A DNA stretch of 38,906 bases from Batkoa obscura. Its lineage: Eukaryota. Below are positions 12,717-23,159 of this stretch, one piece after another. The DNA is taken from the NCBI GenBank assembly GCA_030770535.1, contig JASVEC010000160.1:1-38906 (forward strand), in the 5' to 3' direction. A model generated the notes under the pieces. The model was not told the origin of the DNA and did no database searches. It saw only the letters and a list, made by a program, of their open reading frames with translations. Both the position numbers and the translations under genes were made by a program. Every line of letters begins with the position of its first letter. The first letter of the stretch is position 1.

Positions 12717-12815
12717 GAAGATATTTTTTTTGATTTCATCACTTTTTGCATTTTTCAAGTGCTATTTGAATGGAAAGATTGGTAGTAAAGCTCTTGAACA
12801 AAAAAATACAGCTCC
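12717..12815 (+). mobile_element. MITE copy 5 (diverged)
   Basis: Family match with degenerate left end (gaagatat). Flanks ATAT/ATGT. Confidence 0.75.
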
Positions 12816-13401
12816 ATGTATTAAAAGACTTCCCCGTTAAACAAAAGGGGATGAGGGATCTAACATTACAATAAAAAAGGTTGCTACAAGCAATATCAAT
12901 TTATTTTAGTTTGAAACAAATAAAGAGGTGTTTTCAAGTCAGCTGATGGATTAGCAGAATAAAACATAAAGAAGTAAGAGCTAAACATAATATCAAACAA
13001 AGTGAAAAATAATGCAGAAACTTAGATTTGTGTCTGCCAAGCACAATAAAGTTACTATCACGTCTGGGAGCAAATATAATATATACTTTATAATCACTAC
13101 GCTTGTTTTAAAATTAATTCAACTTTTTTTAACCTCCACTGTGTAACTTTTGGTGGTTTAGACATGTTGAGATTTAGATGAAGAATGGCGTGTTGCTTTT
13201 GCTGCGACATCAGTAACCTACTCGCTTATTTGCTTTTAAATATCATAGTTTACCTCACTGATATTATTACCATTATTAAACTGTAAGTTATTATAACATG
13301 GATTTGAGTTGTGATAATTAGGTATATTACATAATACAAGTGATATTATAATGGATAATTTTATTAGCATACAATAATATATTGATGCTACTTCTTTTTT
13401 T

Positions 13402-14950
13402 ACAGAAGTACGTATTTATGGTAGTGTTTATTTCGAAAGAAAGAAAAAATCTACTCAACAAGATATATTAGGGATAATAAAGAAAGGTAAAAACTTTAGC
13501 ATCAGTTGAAGCTTTTGGGTCAAAACGCCCTACTTCAAGAATTCTTCTATCAATTTTGGATTCATTCAATCTAAAAGTCATTAAAAAGGGTTTACTAATA
13601 ATAAAATGTTTCCGTTTGAAAATAAACAAAGCCATAAGAACTGAATCACACTTCTTTCTAAATGTCACTTTATAACAAAGTCTATTGATAATACAAACTA
13701 CAGGTATTGTAGTAAGAGGGAGTTAGGGGTTGGAACAAAGTAGAAGCAAATTAGGAATGAAAGATGAGTTGTTGCCGCACATGATGTCATCACTATTAAT
13801 AATATTATCTACAATTTAAGAGACAGTTAGCTAAATTCTCTGGATGTAGGCGCAGTTGAAGAAATGGTGATCGGAACAATCATTAGAATCCATACATTAT
13901 AGGCAGGATGGAGAGGGAATATCATCATATGAAGCTACTTAGTAATATGTATAGAAGCCATCTTCTATAGTTCTCTAAAGCGCTAGGCCTAATCTGGGAT
14001 TGAGAGTCTCGTTGTTAAAATTATATACCCCTCGAGATAAGATGGTATTTTTAGGAGGTCTTAAGACATTATAGGATTCTTTATTGACACGGACAATAAA
14101 TTCATTCAAGAATTTATAATCGTTTTTTTTGCAATTCTACACAATGTCTGATAACTTTTAATTAAAGCCTTGGATCATGAGGAAGGAATTCTGGATCCAG
14201 GTGGCGAATATAAACAGTTAGTGGTGCTTTTAGGAGCCTTTTTAATGGGTACTGCATGAGACCATAAGCCAATAAAACCTTATTACTAAAGTGCTTCAAA
14301 GCTATCTCCGAAGTATCTGACCCAGGATTTCTGAATCAACAAGTAATTCATGAATCAAGGAGAAAGAAACTCAAAGCCTTTATCGGTTTTGAATGTTACC
14401 AGTTTTCTAAATAAGATCTTAAATCGTTTATTATTCCGAATCAAGGAAGTGGCTACTTTTTTGATTTTTTTAATGTCTGGAAGGACAAGAAGGCAAATGT
14501 GAAGACAGTACCACAAAACCGAAAGAGTGTCATTGTTGATAAGCAGTGCTCTTTCTTTTAATGAAACATTTTTAATATTCCAGCTTACTAATTTTGATTC
14601 AAAGCAGGAAATACAAGAGTTCATCATAAAGCTGTCTTTAATACCTAAGTGAGAAATATATATATCTAAGTGACCTATATCATCTCCTTGATCACATACT
14701 GGTACATTATAGTCAAGATTTGGGTTAAAGTTTAGAGCCTGGGATTTATCTGTGTTTTTAATGCCCCTAATAGCTTTAGTAAATGATCGCCAGGTAAGTT
14801 CATTCAAACCAGAGTCACTTTAGAGCTCAGATCAATATATCTGTCCCCTGCAAAAGTGGCTACTTTAAACACCGAAGTTTGTGACAGAAGATGGAAGCCT
14901 TTTAAGTTATAATTAAGATAGCTAAAGATATGGTTTGTACTAATTATCCA
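13402..14950 (-). mobile_element. 5'-truncated, degraded non-LTR retrotransposon (L1/Tx1-like ORF2 C-terminal half)
   Basis: Minus-strand frames give KVATFAGD (degenerate FADD RT motif), KS and HLGI (YLGI-like) motifs, and W-x4-SLKERALLIN-x3-LSVLWY, typical of the L1/Tx1 post-RT region. A C-x2-C-x8-H-x3-C-like zinc knuckle (SCL*CMDSNDCSDHHFFNC) lies at ~13850-13915, and a short A-run at ~13395-13401. Boundaries are approximate. Confidence 0.8.
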
Positions 14951-14970
14951 TATGAAAATTTTTAGTATAT

Positions 14971-15068
14971 GGGAGTGTTTTTTTGGTTTCATTATTTTTT
15001 CCATTTTTTAAGCGCTATTCGAGTGGAAAATTTATTAGTAAAGTTCTTAAGCACAAAAATGCATCCCC
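14971..15068 (+). mobile_element. MITE copy 6 (inside GPCR pseudogene B)
   Basis: Family match with flanks ATAT/ATAC. Removing it restores AGG TAT ACT AAA (R-Y-T-K) at the receptor's xRY motif. Confidence 0.85.
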
Positions 15069-16373
15069 ATACCTTGTAATCTTAATAAAGCAGTTAACTC
15101 GATAGTAATAATGAAGTTGTTTATTAAACTAAAGTTTGGAAGGCAATATCAATATGAATTAGATAATTATAGCTTTTCATTAACTACAGTTACGCCATAA
15201 TCAGCTAATGCTAAATATAATACAGTCGCAGGATAGAGAATGGTACCGTTGGCAGTTATTAATATTTTGATTAGTCCCATTTGTTTTTAATTTTGTTTTA
15301 AAGATAGATATGGTAATTATTAGTAGACTTGTTAGTAGCAAAATTGTTGAGATTACCAAGTAAACTCCATCTTCTATGTTGTTTACTATCACTATAAAAT
15401 TAAATATAGTTTTCATTCATAGATGTTCTAAATTAATTGTGCTATTAGATATAATTATATAAATATTTTTTTAAATTTATTGAGGCTAAAAATAAATTAG
15501 CTCCGAAAATGCTCCACTAATGGGTTAGTCCCGTAAATTAACTGACTTGCATGTTTATTCCTCCGTATTGTAGCTAATAAAGTACTTGGTGCTTCGTCAT
15601 TTATTTTTTTAAACCAAATGAATCGTGGTGTTTATTCATTATAAAAAGTTGGGCTTCAGTATTTTAAAAAATAAGGGCTCAATTAAAGAGTTAATTCATA
15701 ATATACTATCACTAAGATATTATTGGTTCTATATCCTTAAATAAAGTAAAACTTTTAAGTGCTTTACCATATTACACAAAAAGAGGATTAGCACAAAGAA
15801 GGTTCAAAAAGAATATTACCTTTACATTTTTATCATTTACCACTTGCCCAATTGTAGCCTAGATAAATGTGTTTTCCCTATAGAGTTTTTATCAAAAAAG
15901 ATAAAATTTATACGAAATAACCTTTTAAATATTACTAAAAAGGCATAAAAATCTGATTGTTTAAAGCAATCAAGTAGGGCAGCTATTGTTACAAATAAAG
16001 TGAGTCAAAATAAGAATAAATTGGTAATACAAAGGCATTTATCGAGATTCAAAGTCAACAAAAAGTAGAAACATTTAACAAACTGGATGATAAAGATTTT
16101 ACTTTAGATAACAATGGCGAGGTTGGGACGAAATGAGTCTGTTACTAATAATACACTATTTGTAAAATTACGAGTGCCCATACTGGTAACTAGTAAGTAG
16201 GAAAGCTTAACAAATGTACTATAAAATAATTAGGTAATGAAATGATGTACTATTTAGTTTATGGCTCTAAAATGTTGAAGTAATATGAAAGTCTAGAAGA
16301 TTTAGCGAGACAACTGCAACTGATAATATAATTATCGAAGTGATATATGATACGATGCTTAAAATGATGATAT

Positions 16374-16466
16374 GGGGATGTATTTTTGTGTTTAAGAATT
16401 TTGTTAACAAGTTTTCTGCTCAAATAGCGCTTAAAAGACAAAGTGATGAAATCAAAAAAAACTTTC
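16374..16466 (-). mobile_element. MITE copy 7
   Basis: Reverse-orientation family match. Flanks ATAT/ATAT. Confidence 0.83.
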
Positions 16467-16629
16467 ATATTGTAACCAAAAATGTCAAAAAGTCATATAA
16501 AAGTTTGTATCTAAAAAATTATTATAATTAGATTTATTATCCTTGTAAAAGTAAGAGGAAAAAACCCTCTAATTAATCAATGGAAGACCTTGTACTATTT
16601 AAATAAAAAAACAACAGTGTTAATCTTAA

Positions 16630-17685
16630 CTATTTAATTTTGAACATTTTAAAAAAAGAATCTTGGATCGGTTGATGTATTAATAGAATAAAACATGCAG
16701 AAGTAAGCCCTAAGCATAATACTAAACAGTCAGAATAAAAAGTAGTATTCTTATTAAATTTTGGGTTTACTAAACACAGAAACGTTATTATTACATCCGG
16801 TAACAAACATAACATATAACTTATTAATATCACACTTATTTTTAAAGCTAATTTGGCTTTTTTAAAGCTTAACTGAGTAGCTGTCGACTGAGATTTGTTT
16901 GGGTTTTCTGAGAATACAGTTTCTTGCTTTTTTTGTGTGATTGCTAGCTTGTCAACTCTAACATTGTTTGTAAAGTTAGATTGTAAATTGCTCTTATTGC
17001 TATTATCATTATCAAATTGATAATCAGTAAAACGTGTATTTAAACCTGTGGAATAAGTATTAAGAATGATAGAAGGGTCCATTATTTTAAAATATGCAAG
17101 AGTGATCTTTGAATAACAAAAACATATGATGATCAAAGAAAGTAAAATTCTTAACGTATAAATAGAAAAGTAGAATAGAAAATAGTCCCTGTTGTTATTC
17201 TCAATACTGATACTTGGTAAACAAAAAAAGTCTAGCTCATATATTGAATATGAGTTATAATAACTATGTAAACCAGACAATATAAGTGATAACATAATGG
17301 ATAACACAACTACTATGTAATAATTCATTGATGTTACTTCTTTATATAAGCATATCTTACTGTACCTTATAATACTTAATAATGCAGATAACTCAATGGA
17401 AGTAATCTCAGTAGTAACTACAGCGCTGAAATTAAAAGCACAATACCAAGCAGGAACTGATAGCGATGGTTTATTATCGAATTGAATCAAGTCATGTTTG
17501 ATTATGATTATATGCGAAATGGTTAATAGATAAAAAACAATATCATTTATAGTAATAAATAAAATGATTATTAGATCTAACTTATTCTTTAACCTCAGTT
17601 TGAATATTATTATACCACTTATTAATAAGTTCATCACTATCGAAATGAGAGATATCAACAAATAAATAGTGTGTTCGGCTTTCAT
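16630..17685 (-). CDS. Class A GPCR-like 7TM receptor, minus-cluster paralog 5
   Basis: 351-aa intronless ORF with WYC, SIELSALLSIIRY, FFC, CFCY, CLLPD, HQPIQ. It looks closest to 8093-9154 (shared KNKLDL, DLIQF, CAFNFSAV). Confidence 0.87.
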   Translation of the reverse strand: MKAEHTIYLLISLISIVMNLLISGIIIFKLRLKNKLDLIIILFITINDIVFYLLTISHIIIIKHDLIQFDNKPSLSVPAWYCAFNFSAVVTTEITSIELSALLSIIRYSKICLYKEVTSMNYYIVVVLSIMLSLILSGLHSYYNSYSIYELDFFCLPSISIENNNRDYFLFYFSIYTLRILLSLIIICFCYSKITLAYFKIMDPSIILNTYSTGLNTRFTDYQFDNDNSNKSNLQSNFTNNVRVDKLAITQKKQETVFSENPNKSQSTATQLSFKKAKLALKISVILISYMLCLLPDVIITFLCLVNPKFNKNTTFYSDCLVLCLGLTSACFILLIHQPIQDSFFKMFKIK

Positions 17686-17939
17686 TATTATTATGAGTGA
17701 TCAATCAGTATTTTCTTGTTTTTATATTCTTTTTAATTCTTTTTGATTCTTTTGCATTAATTAATTCGCTAAAGATAGTATAAACTAAGGTTTTAATAAA
17801 TTCTCACTTTAGTATAATATAAATTTAAATTGAGATATTAGATAAATTCCTTTATGCTATTAATATTTACATACATGAACGGAGGTAAATTGCCCATTAT
17901 AATAGAGGGTGTTTTTAATCACTAACATAGTTGTGTTTT

Positions 17940-18029
17940 TTTAAATTATTCAGCCAAATTTTTCCTTTATTTGGAAAAGGCTTCTTTAGGTATCTCAAAT
18001 AAAGGAAAAATTTGGCTGAATAATTTAAA
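17940..18029. repeat. Perfect 34-bp inverted repeat with 22-nt spacer
   Basis: 17940-17973 (tttaaattattcagccaaatttttcctttatttg) is the exact reverse complement of 17996-18029. Confidence 0.95.
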
Positions 18030-19069
18030 GTATAGTTGTGAGGAGCAAAGCTATTCTATTTGAGTTTAACAGAATGCACTTGTAGCTTTAGAACTTAAGA
18101 TTTTCAAAAAAGAACAAAATTATTCTCAACTAAAAGTAACTTTTTACTGCAGCTAATAATGTGCCTATTTTTATATGCATAAACATCCGTAGCATAAATG
18201 GACCTATCCACTATAATAAATTACAAAATTAGTAAACATACGCCTTTTCTGAAAACATTTGGCATGGTTTATAATAATGAAAGCATAGTTTTTATGTTGT
18301 TTTGTTGAAATATCAAATTTAATTAACAGATAAATATGAGCACCAAATAGTAGGTTATCAATAGATAAAAATAGTCTTTTTTAAAAAAAGGTTATATTTT
18401 CCCTACTGGTTGGAACTTAATTTCAGTTTTATTACAACTCCTTATTTAGTTCCTTAAAATCCTTCATTGTTTGTTTCTACTGGAATCTGGGTCTTACATA
18501 GAATATTTTATAGTGTAAAATTCAAAGCTATTGACTTGTCACCCCTATTTTGGTCCTGGTTATTTAATGAAAAACATTAGCTTTTTGTGGAAGTAGGTAT
18601 GCTTTCATTGTTGGTTCTCAAACTAAATATAGTCCTAAATAGTTATACAGCCATTTTTTTCTGCCTGAGGTTTTAGGATTGACTTTTCTTTACATTCTTT
18701 TAGTTATGTTTTTTAGAGACAAATCACTGCTTTGCTTTTTAAGCATAATACGTTTTAAAAATAAGTGTATCTTCAAATTACATTATTTGATTTAATTGAA
18801 CTGTTATTTTATCAGACTAAAGTAAAATAGATTAATATTTCAGTTATATAGTGTGGTTTTTATTTGCTTTTCTTTATCATATATTAAAATTTTTGAAATT
18901 ATTTTTGTAGCTACTGTAATTTTAGATATAATTTAGTATCAATGGCTTTAAAGTAAAAAATACTAAAAAATTAGTATCAATAAAGCTGATGTGATAAAAC
19001 CTTTATATCTCAGGGAAAATATTTAATTTAAATGCTTTAAACAAATAAATAAAATATTTTTTTATTTAA

Positions 19070-20149
19070 TTAAAATACTATAGTATTAAATTTTAGTGAT
19101 TTAACTTCAAACATATTAAAAACACACTTTTGAATTGGTTGATGAATTAATAGAATAAAACATGAAGAGGTGAGCCCTAAACACAGTATTAAACAATTAG
19201 AATAAACAGCAATATGTATTTCAAATTTTACTTTTGTTGAAATTAATAAATTTATTATCAGATCTGGTATTAAACAGAATATGTAACTTATCATTATTAA
19301 GCTAATTTTTAATATTAATTTTACTTTTTTTAACTTTAATTGGTTAGCTGTCAATGGCTGAGATTTGGTTGACTTTTGCTTATAAATAGTTTTTCGGCTT
19401 TGTTGAGTTGTCATTAGCCTGTTAGATTCACTACTGCTTATAAAATTATGTCGAGTGTTATTGCTATTGTTTTTAACAGGCTGATAGCTACTAAAGCACA
19501 AATTTGAGCCTGTAGCATTCGTATTAGGACTAAAGGAAGGATCCATTATTTTAAGGTAAGCAAGGGTAATATTTGAATAGCAAAAACAATTGGTCAGTAA
19601 CCAGAGCAAAATCCTCAATGAGTAAATGAAATAATAAAATATACAATAAGGTACATTATTCTTTTCGATATCAATGGTTGGTAAATAATAGAAATTGAAT
19701 TCATACCATGAATACGAACCATAATAGCTATGTAGACTTGATAGTATAATTGATGTTACAGCAGATAATGCTATGAATATATAGCAGTACATTGGTGAGA
19801 TTTCCCTAAATAAACAAACTTTACTGTATCTAATAATGCTTAATAAGGTAACTAATTCAATGGAAGTAGAAATGATACTAGCTACTAGGCTAAAATTCAG
19901 GGCAGGATACCAAATTGGGTTAGATAGCTGTAACTTGTTGTCAAATGATATTATACTATACTCAGTTAAGATTATATGTAATATGGCGATTAAATAGAAA
20001 ATAATATCAACAAAGGTAATTGTTGATATTATTAACAAATCTGGGTTGTTTTTTAGACTTAGCCTATATAAGATTACACTCAGTATCATTAAGTTTATCA
20101 GTAACGAAACTGTCGAGATTATCAAATAGATTATGTTTTCAGTGATCAT
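19070..20149 (-). CDS. Class A GPCR-like 7TM receptor, minus-cluster paralog 6 (lacks both disulfide cysteines)
   Basis: 359-aa intronless ORF with SIELVTLLSIIRY, CFCY, CLIPD, HQPIQ. WYC is changed to WYP and FYC to FYY. Confidence 0.82.
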   Translation of the reverse strand: MITENIIYLIISTVSLLINLMILSVILYRLSLKNNPDLLIISTITFVDIIFYLIAILHIILTEYSIISFDNKLQLSNPIWYPALNFSLVASIISTSIELVTLLSIIRYSKVCLFREISPMYCYIFIALSAVTSIILSSLHSYYGSYSWYEFNFYYLPTIDIEKNNVPYCIFYYFIYSLRILLWLLTNCFCYSNITLAYLKIMDPSFSPNTNATGSNLCFSSYQPVKNNSNNTRHNFISSSESNRLMTTQQSRKTIYKQKSTKSQPLTANQLKLKKVKLILKISLIMISYIFCLIPDLIINLLISTKVKFEIHIAVYSNCLILCLGLTSSCFILLIHQPIQKCVFNMFEVKSLKFNTIVF

Positions 20150-21165
20150 TGTTATTTTGAACTTAAAAACGAGCTTTATTTCATTTTTTATATTATTTAT
20201 TAATGTTTTAAAAATTATGCTATTTGAACTTATTATTCAAAAGTACCCTTTTAAATTAATTCAGATTGTAAAAAATTATTATGGCTTTATATTCTTAAGA
20301 GAAAATGACTTCTTGTGCGCTATTAATCCATGAAATTAAAGTAAATTATTAACGCAAACAACAAATGCCAAAAAGGATAACACTTTTTAAATTTTACTAT
20401 TTATTGTTAGTCAGTTATGATCTAGACAAACCCACTTTCTTTTCAACTTTTGAAGAATGAAAGAACTAGTTTACATGAACCAATTTTCAAGTAATGTTTA
20501 AAAAGGATTGCTATCTTATATATTTAAAAGTTGAACGAAAAAGGAAAACCTCATAAACAAATTTGGCTTAAATTTGGTTTATTTTTGTTGAATTGTTTAT
20601 AAAACATTAACCCATTCAAGACCCAAGGTTTCCCTTAAAATAAGGACTTATTAGTACCATGAAGATACTGATTAATATTTGTATTTAAGTCAAGATTTTC
20701 GAAATACTAATAATCTAGATGACACCAGCAATATATTAAAACAGAATGGTATGATTTTGATGAGAAGCGGTATCACTATTGATGTGTTTTAAAGATCACT
20801 ACTTTAGGTGAGCTATTATTTACATTATTAATTAGTAAGTGGAGATACATTCGATACTTTTTAAGTAAACCATTTCAAGGCCTAAAACTCTTTTGAGGTT
20901 TTTAAAAAAGCAACAAGATGAAAAGAATGGAAGACAAATAATAGAGTAATAAAAAATGAAGTAATAAGTTAGAGGTTTGTGACTTTAAGTAACTGAATAA
21001 ATTTAAAGGAGATGTGATCTAAAAACAGTGATTTACAATATTAAACTGATATTATAATATTATAGCAAAGAGTAATAGTAAAAAAAGCTAGTGCTATTAA
21101 GGCGATTTAGTTATCTTTGACAAAAAAAGCCTACATTAAAAGTCTTAATCAAGTAAAACAATACG

Positions 21166-21664
21166 AAATAAGCCTTGTTATCTTTGTTGATATCAATATT
21201 TGGTAAACAATAAAAGCCTAAATTACACCAAAAATATGAGTCATAATAACAGTATAAACCAGATAGTATTAATCACAATATAACTAATAAAGCCCCAAAC
21301 AAACAATCATGCGTTGATACCATTTTTTCATAAACAAATTTTATTGTATCTTATGACACTGAATAAAATAGCTAATTTAACAAAAGTAACGATAGTTATC
21401 ACTAACTAACATTTGAATGACAATATCAGGCTGGATTGTATACTTGTAACTATTTATTAGCTATAAATACCTTATAGTTAGCTAGCATTATATATAATAT
21501 GACAATAAAATACAAAATAATACCATTGATGAGTACCATCAATATTATTGTTAATTCTAAATTGTTTTTATGGTTAGTTTACAAAAAATTATATTTAACA
21601 ATAACAAGTTTATTAGTAGCGATATTGTTGAGCTCGTTAAATAAGTTATGTGATCTACATTCAT
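21166..21664 (-). pseudogene. GPCR pseudogene C (frameshifted, 3'-truncated after ECL2)
   Basis: ATG at 21664 gives MNVDHITYLTSSTISLLINLLL, with a frameshift at the KNNLEL A-run. Homology runs through ECL2 (FYCLPNIDINKDN) and then jumps directly into the conserved downstream spacer. Confidence 0.8.
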
Positions 21665-22069
21665 TATTTCTTAGATTTAATTGAAAATAGACTTTTATTT
21701 ATTTTTTTTGTTTGGCGATATTAATACACCATTATTAAACATGGATTATCATATATATTGAATAAAAATCCTCCTTATTTCAGTAGTTTAAACCCAAGGG
21801 CTCGACTTTTTTCTGGTTTATTTGTTGCAAAGTTAAAAAGCAGGTATAAACGATACAAAAATGGTAGCTATTTTTTATAAAGAAATTATTAAGTCTTGTG
21901 GTTCCAATTTCTCAATATCACATCTCTATCCCAGATAGATAAAACATAGCAAAGTAGCATTTACTGGGTTATAAAAACCTTTTTTAACTCGAAAAAATTA
22001 AAACTCTATCTCATTATCTGCCTAACGTCTTTCAAAAAAACATTTTAATTTAATAAAATATAATTATAT

Positions 22070-22166
22070 GAGAATCTATCTTTGTGTTTAAGGATTTTGC
22101 CAACAATTTTTCCGCTCAAATAACGCTTGAAAAATGGAAAAAGTAATGAACCAAAAAAACATCCCC
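22070..22166 (-). mobile_element. MITE copy 8
   Basis: Reverse-orientation family match ending aaacatcccc. Flanks ATAT/ATAT. Confidence 0.82.
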
Positions 22167-22977
22167 ATATGTTAGAATTCAGTTACATAAACTAATTTTC
22201 TAAAACTAGTTTACATGTTAAAAATAAACAATTTTTTTTAAAGATAAATTAAACTTAAAATATACAATAATAGAAAATGGATCTCATTTTGCCTTTCTGA
22301 TTCTTCCAAAGATATGCAATCGTTGGGAATAATCCTTACTTCATTATACTATTCCTTACAATAGCCCAATTCCTCAAGCTTACTGACTTGAGTTTCTAAA
22401 TTTTTATTTTGGCTGATAAAACACTTGATACTTCAGCATTAGCATTGGCATTTAATGGATTTTTAATAATAAAGTAGCTTTATAAGTATGGATGCATTTT
22501 GAATAGGTTTATATAATTTCCATCATCACCACAAACCATATTGAGTGGTAATTGAATTGAACACCAGATGGGGATGTCGGAACTGGTTTCAGAATTCAGT
22601 TAAAAATTAACTCCTTTTAAGTTTTCAAATTTGTAAGTCCTTACTGTATGATTAGTTGAATTTAAAAGCTTAAAACTAAATAAAAAAATTAACTCAAAAA
22701 CTTATCTTAATTGGTTTTCTTTAACATAATTAATTTTTTTAACTATGTATTTTGTATTGTTTTTATCAAATGTTTAATAGATGCATAATATATAAACGTA
22801 TAATTATTTAACTTTGTTTTATATTAAAATGAAACAAAATGAAAGTTTCTATAAACTTCAAAATGGAACTTTTAAAAATTTTGATATAATAGGGAGAACC
22901 ACACTATATAAATGTTGTAATTTATTTATATCAATTTCAACAATTGTTTATAATAACACAGAGTTTATAGAATTTTA

Positions 22978-23009
22978 TAATAAAATAAAATAAAATAAAA
23001 TAAAATAAA
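22978..23009. repeat. (TAAAA)n microsatellite
   Basis: About six TAAAA units read directly. Confidence 0.8.
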
Positions 23010-23061
23010 GAAAAGACATATTATTAAAGTTTAATATTGATAATGATAAACTTAATCAAGT

Positions 23062-23159
23062 AGGGATGTATTTTTGTGTTTAAAAATCTTACTAATAACT
23101 TTTCCACTCAAATAGCGCTTAAAAGATAGAAAAAGTGATGAAACCAAAAAAACATCCCC
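23062..23159 (-). mobile_element. MITE copy 9
   Basis: agggatgtattttt...aaacatcccc with an exact 4-bp direct flank AAGT/AAGT. Confidence 0.87.

Larger units (their letters stand above)
12901..15390 (-). pseudogene. GPCR pseudogene B, split by a LINE fragment and a MITE, with an internal deletion
   Basis: The 5' part ~15073-15390 reads NIEDGVYLVIST...IELTALL. A TM4 piece lies at ~13330-13400 (KEVASIYYCMLIKLSIIISLVL). The 3' part 12901-13310 includes LLPDVIVTLLCL and a terminal TAA matching the paralog ends. ECL2-TM5 appears deleted. Confidence 0.78.

Noticed and set aside
16259..16531. Short ORFs sharing KILKHKNTS-like peptides (also 36952-37206 and the start of 14804-15004)
   Set aside because: The similarity arises because they read through MITE copies; this is not a protein family.
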